From assembly GCA_043228905.1 (NCBI GenBank), contig JBHGNT010000001.1, forward strand, positions 13,206,001 through 13,270,000: a DNA stretch of 64,000 nt. Direction: 5' to 3'. Positions 59,801 through 64,000 of the stretch are shown piece after piece (position 1 is the first letter of the stretch; every line of letters starts with the position of its first letter). The notes under the pieces are model-generated. The model had not been told where the DNA came from. It made no database searches and worked only from the letters and a program-made list of their open reading frames with translations. The DNA is from Azolla caroliniana. Lineage: Eukaryota > Plantae > Polypodiophyta. The translations under genes were made by a program, and so were the position numbers.

Positions 59801-61008
59801 GCGATGACGATTGTGATAGGGTATATGACGCAATGAAGAATCCATCCTCGTCTTTGCTTAGTCCAGGTGCATTGCTTGGCATTACAATTGCAAGCACATG
59901 TGGTTGTTTGAGCCTCATTCTGGTTGTAGTGATGAGATGGAAGATGATAATAGCCAACTATGACCATGGTGAAGTCGGAATGAAGAAGGCCAAGCTCAAA
60001 GGTGAATTGCTACCTACTGACTCTGATGAGTTCTTCTTCTCTGACAAACTCAAAGAGCCATTGAGTATAAATGTGGCCATGTTTGAGAGGCCACTTCTCC
60101 GTCTTACATTGGCTGATTTGCTTGAGGCGACGAATAATTTCAACAAGGCAAATATTATTGGTGTCGGAGGGTTCGGAACGGTTTATAAGGCAAGTCTTCC
60201 CGATGGAAAGATGGTAGCAGTGAAGAAACTTGGACATTCTAGGATGCAAGGTCATCGAGAGTTTTTGGCTGAGATGGAAACGCTTGGCAAAGTTAAGCAT
60301 CGAAATCTCGTCTCTCTCTTGGGATATTGCTCTTATGGTGAAGAGAAGTTGCTTGTATATGAATACATGATCAATGGAAGCCTAGACCTCTTGTTAAGGA
60401 ATCAAACTGGTGCCTCCTTCATACATGCATCAAATCGATGGAAAATTGCGATTGGCTCTGCTCAAGGCCTTGCATTCTTGCATCATGGGTTCATTCCCCA
60501 CATCATCCATCGAGATATTAAGGCAAGCAACATATTGTTGGATGAGGATTTGGAGCCAAAGGTAGCTGATTTCGGATTGGCACGCTTGATAAGTGCATGT
60601 GAAACCCATGTTAGCACAGATATAGCTGGTACATTTGGCTACATTCCTCCCGAGTATGGCCAAAGTTGGAGGTCCACTACAAGGGGTGATGTATATAGCT
60701 ATGGGGTCATTCTTCTAGAGTTGATAACCGGTAAAGAACCCACTGGAGGAGACTTTAAGGATGTGGAAGGGGGAAATCTTGTGGGATGGGTAAAGTACAT
60801 GATGATAAATGGAAGGTCAGATGAGGTCCTTGATCCTTTTCTTATTATTAATGTGGGAGCTATTTGGAAAGCCACAATGCTTAAACTCCTCCATGTGGCT
60901 TTTCTATGTACCAATGAAGACCCTTTTCGACGGCCATCAATGCTTCGAGTTCTTCGCATGCTTAAAGACATGGATTCAGCTCTTCAGCCTAACCTGTATC
61001 CAGATTAG
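56893..61008 (+). CDS. EMS1: LRR receptor-like kinase EMS1/EXS-like (LRR-X), intronless, 1371 aa
   Basis: Signal peptide, LRRNT (W..PCHWTGVSC), many LRRs, island IPESSFLQHYGLFDLSWN, TM helix, KEPLSINVAMFERPLLRLTLAD, kinase GVGGFG/VAVKKL/HRDIKASN/DFG/GYIPPEYGQSWRSTTRGDVYSYG. Confidence 0.92.
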   Translation: MMSVPPMTSPPFFFSSLSLLCILLLSPHLQVLQGLPADISSDKEALLAFKKALQSSEALLDWAQNDPTPCHWTGVSCNNAQLAANSNTNSTLTSPTNTVSIRVVSVSLAGLSLAGSISPSLTDLSSLTYLNLSSNHLSGAIPMQLWKASALQVLDLSFNELSGGIGPEISAMIGLEQVFLHNNMLSGPLPPELGLLSKLHTLDFGLNCLSGVIPSQLGDLDSLVYLALDGNAITGEVPSSLGKLVKLSYLDLSNNFLKGEIPHQLGSLSQLEYLDLNNNSLTGTIPSSIGGLVSLTEVYMGQNFFKGSLPSEISNLKRLTILNIASCFISGSLPLEIGELESLSRLDLAHNLLGGPIPESIGKLGNLTSLSIPNNMLNGSIPSSLGKCRNLKIIVLAFNHLSGEIPNELSDLVLVVSFSVEGNLLSGHIPSWLGGWTSVNALLLGTNDFSGELPRELGNCSSLKSLSLDGNYLSGPIPPELCLAPMLSEISLNKNSFSGSISETFINCSSLTDLELPGNVLSGVIPGYLAELSQLVALNLDSNNFSGSIPDKIWSSPSLMEISVKSNYLVGGLSPLISNLKYLERLYLDENFLDGPLPSELGDLGSLAVLTANNNQFKGVIPKEIGKCLQLATLDLGHNKLYGQIPPEIGKLPDLVCLVLSHNWLSGPIPKEICASAPKVYDIPESSFLQHYGLFDLSWNMLNGSIPEEILNCNMAVELSLQGNRLSGPIPATIAHLTNLTTLDLSNNGLLGSIPTTLSELIHLQGLNLGNNNLTGGIPSELGRITSLVKLNLTHNQLSGELPNALGNLTGLTHLDLSHNTLTGQIHSSMANMISIVGLYLRDNRLSGNISGLLSNTKAWHQVQSLDISNNLFDGIIPPTIGNLSSLSTLDLHGNSLLGSIPVEIGSLSQLIYLDLSHNHLSGVMPSEICNLEELSVLNLSSNELVGEIPKSGICINSSVSSFAYNEGLCDDDCDRVYDAMKNPSSSLLSPGALLGITIASTCGCLSLILVVVMRWKMIIANYDHGEVGMKKAKLKGELLPTDSDEFFFSDKLKEPLSINVAMFERPLLRLTLADLLEATNNFNKANIIGVGGFGTVYKASLPDGKMVAVKKLGHSRMQGHREFLAEMETLGKVKHRNLVSLLGYCSYGEEKLLVYEYMINGSLDLLLRNQTGASFIHASNRWKIAIGSAQGLAFLHHGFIPHIIHRDIKASNILLDEDLEPKVADFGLARLISACETHVSTDIAGTFGYIPPEYGQSWRSTTRGDVYSYGVILLELITGKEPTGGDFKDVEGGNLVGWVKYMMINGRSDEVLDPFLIINVGAIWKATMLKLLHVAFLCTNEDPFRRPSMLRVLRMLKDMDSALQPNLYPD

Positions 61009-61794
61009 TTGTCAATACTTTTCATTCAAAACACTGAAACCATATAGTTTCATCTACATCTATATGCATAATGCATCTGTAGATTAATTTTAACTATTCT
61101 ATTACCATATGCTTGTTTCTACATCTTCACACATATGCGTGAGGAAAAGTGTTTGTATATATGAAATATGGTTATTTTGATTCAGGAGACCATGAACTCA
61201 TGTATGAAGAAACAAAAATCGCTGAAAATATATGATGCCTCATTGATGAGATAGATAGAGCCTCAGTTCTACACTAAATAGAGGCTGAGGAGCTCATTTG
61301 TAAAAGGGACAGTGATATCTTTATATCTATTTGTATACGAAAGTGACATGAAAAGAGTGGGTTGAATATGTAAGCAAAATGAAAAGAACAAACTCCATTC
61401 TTGTTGTAGAACAGGTTGGGTTGCATGGTGAGTGAGTTCGGAATCCTGAAAAACCCACAAAAACAAACTCCCACCATCACCAAGGTCTTGAAATATCCAC
61501 CACCTAAGGCCTTCAAGAAACATTGCTTCGAAAGACATTACACAGCCGACATTCTCTTATATAAAAAACTGTCTCATTGTCACCTTCATAATGAGAGTAG
61601 TCTCCCTTTGGGAGGCTTACTACACCACAACCCCACGTAATGTTTTTCTCAATCTCAGCTCCCTTCAGTCTCAATGTGGCTACCTACTTGCATGCCACCA
61701 TTAGAGTAGAAGTCATTCCAATACAGCATGTGAATTCAATCTCAATAAAAAGTAAATTTTACATACTATTTTTTATCAAATTATTTCCTCTAAA

Positions 61795-62163
61795 AAGGTT
61801 CCATGATAACTGGTTTTGACAAAGTTAAGTAGGACAGTATTTATTCTACTCTTCAAAATCCATAATAAGGGTTTTTGTGAATAGTCCTTTTGGGGGAGGG
61901 GGGGAGGATGATTAATTGTTATGACCTAGCTTAATGAAGATCGAGAGATTTCAATCCTGAATCAATTTTGATTCTCCCCAAGGTTCCATGATAACTGGTT
62001 TTGACAAAGTTAAGTAGGACAGTATTTATTCTACTCTTCAAAATCCATAATAAGGGTTTTTGTGAATAGTCCTTTTGGGGGAGGGGGGGAGGATGATAAT
62101 TGTTATGACCTAGCTTAATGAAGATCGAGAGATTTCAATCCTGAATCAATTTTGATTCTCCCC
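61795..62163. repeat. Near-perfect ~185-bp tandem duplication
   Basis: aaggttccatgataactgg...gattctcccc twice, differing by about one T. Confidence 0.93.
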
Positions 62164-62649
62164 AAGTCAACAATTCTCAAGTTGTATCATTGTGTGTAAT
62201 CTCTTCCTCTCAATATAATTGGCATAAAATTGATATGGAGTTTCTATAGTGAATTCCGTCTCAATCAATAATGAAAACTGTGAATCTTTCAACAAGAGGT
62301 GCCTCTCAAGTAGTTTCAAATACTCACTTTCAATGCTTATTTGCTTTATGGGGTCGTTCTTCTAGATTTTATATTAGTATCTACACGTCTCATGGAGAGG
62401 GTATCTCAGAGAGACTAATGTAAGCAAGGCCTGGCACAATTTATCCATCCAGAAACTCATTTGTCATACAAGGAAAGAAAGATGGCTAGCTCTATTTTAT
62501 TAACATGTTTTTATTAGTTGCACTTACAAAAGTTCATTTATTGTACAAAGTATGGCAAATGGGCTCTATCTTCTTCAAAATGTTTTAATTAGCTGTACTT
62601 GCAAAAATTCATTTATTGTACAAGAATAGCAAAATGACTGGTATCCTCT

Positions 62650-63683
62650 TCAACAAATTTTCATGTTTGCACTTGTGCTGTGTTGAACTTCTTCATGTGG
62701 TGCCATCATTCCTCTCAGGCTCTTTGTAAGCCAGATAGCAGTTTCACGGGGTGAAGTTTCCCCACGACCGAAGGGTTTCAAAACTACAGCAAGCTCATCG
62801 AACCTTTGTTGCTGAAGTAACTCAGCACTAAGTTCTAAGAGACCTTCCAGAGCTTCTGCTCTTTGATGATCTGAATTTGGATCAAGCCCTCTTGCTCCAT
62901 TAACAATATTACTAGTTTTGCAAGATTGATCAGAATTCCGATCAAGTTTTCCTCGATTTCCTTGAACAGTGGCAGATTTGGGATCTAGTACTCTAACCCG
63001 GTGAGCATTACTAGTTTTTCGGCATACATTAGATGAGTGAAGAGAACCGTAGGCAGAATCAGCAGTAGTACTTGCAGTACTTGTGGGAAAGGAATATGTA
63101 TCCATCTCTGACCTGACCAAATCACTGAAATTCATGTCTTCTCTTGTGTTGACATCACCATTTGAATCATCATCATCCATCCCGATTCTGAATGTGCTAT
63201 GTCGTATCACATGTACAACATCTTTGTACCCTGGTCTGCTAACCTTGTCAGGCTTTAATGCAGATAGATTTTCTCGGCTTTGGCCCCTGAAATCCACACA
63301 AGAACTTTGGCGAGGCTTGGAGGAAATCTTCCCACTCAGCTGTTGATTGTCATTTTGTCCATTACCTTGCCTATAAGAGCTCTCTTTGGCCAAAGCTTGC
63401 CGAAATTTTACAACAGCCTCCTCTAAGGTTTTGTTTCTTTCATAGTTATGGTGTTCTTTTATACTCTCATCACTGGAGAGGGAGAATTGGGGAATGAAAT
63501 CTAGCCTAGGTGAATTTACAGAGACATCTGGAGATACGTTTGTCTCTTCTCTAAGATTTCCCCTTCTATTTCCATTTGACCATCTGGATTTTGCTGTAGT
63601 ATGCATCAATTTTTCATTTTTACCCTCATGTGGGGTACTTCCTCCAGTTGTTACCAGTCCTGTTGCATCCGGATTCATTAATA
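62650..63683 (-). CDS. Last coding exon of a plant NIMA-related kinase (NEK), with the plant NEK C-terminal motif
   Basis: [46 protein letters not shown] and [11 protein letters not shown]; acceptor ctAG at 63684 (alternative at 63660). Confidence 0.85.
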
Positions 63684-63747
63684 CTAGTGGACGGTTAGCA
63701 AACATGGAAATATAGACCATTTTTTGGTTTAAAAAGCTGCAGGTTAC

Positions 63748-63910
63748 CTGCTGCTATGACATTTTCACTCTTAACTGAACTTGTACTACTTCTTGTTCTT
63801 GAAGGAAGGGGAAATGAGGCTCTTGGTTTGCTTCCAGACAAACCTACCTTTTGGCGCAACTGACTAATAAGCCCATTCTTCAAAATAGGAGCAGTCTCTT
63901 CATGTTGAAC
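63748..63910 (-). CDS. Penultimate NEK exon (S/R/P-rich)
   Basis: Acceptor tacAG at 63911-63912, donor CAG/GTAAC at 63747; the phase-1 splice joins in frame to the last exon. Confidence 0.65.
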
Positions 63911-64000
63911 CTGTACCAAGCATTACAATATCCAATAAGAAGTTGGCACAATAAAAAGCACAAACCCAAGTAAAACTGTAGGTTTGTATTCTTTGTAAGT

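Noticed and set aside
63684-63747. Apparent frameshift between ORFs 63695-63919 and 62650-63720
   Set aside because: Explained by a phase-1 GT-AG intron with a GCTAAC branch site.

Overview
Land-plant nuclear DNA; the retroelement types suggest a non-seed plant, but that is inference. Bases 1-47.7 kb are a nested retroelement pile: Ty1/copia pieces, a Tcn1-like self-priming chromovirus, a Phygy-like Ty3/gypsy family ('GyA': tRNA-Trp PBS, 4-bp TSDs), an Athila/Tat-like gypsy family ('GyB') with a long extra coiled-coil ORF, a hAT-like MITE and an L1-type LINE fragment. AT-rich intergenic DNA follows, then an intronless EMS1/EXS-like LRR receptor kinase (+) and the last two exons of a plant NEK kinase (-). 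The most unusual signal is in GyB: it has no polypurine tract, and a conserved hairpin ending in a tRNA-Arg-like 3' end (...TCCCACGGGCGTGCCA, a PBS on the minus strand) sits at the plus-strand priming site, which suggests tRNA priming of both DNA strands. Other signals: all four GyA insertions have a central CpG in the target site; two unrelated gypsy LTR families carry antisense A-box/B-box tRNA-like modules; copia and gypsy LTRs share a U3 module; two -1 frameshift cassettes with downstream stems or pseudoknots are visible. Lineage names and tRNA matches come from recalled motifs, not database searches.
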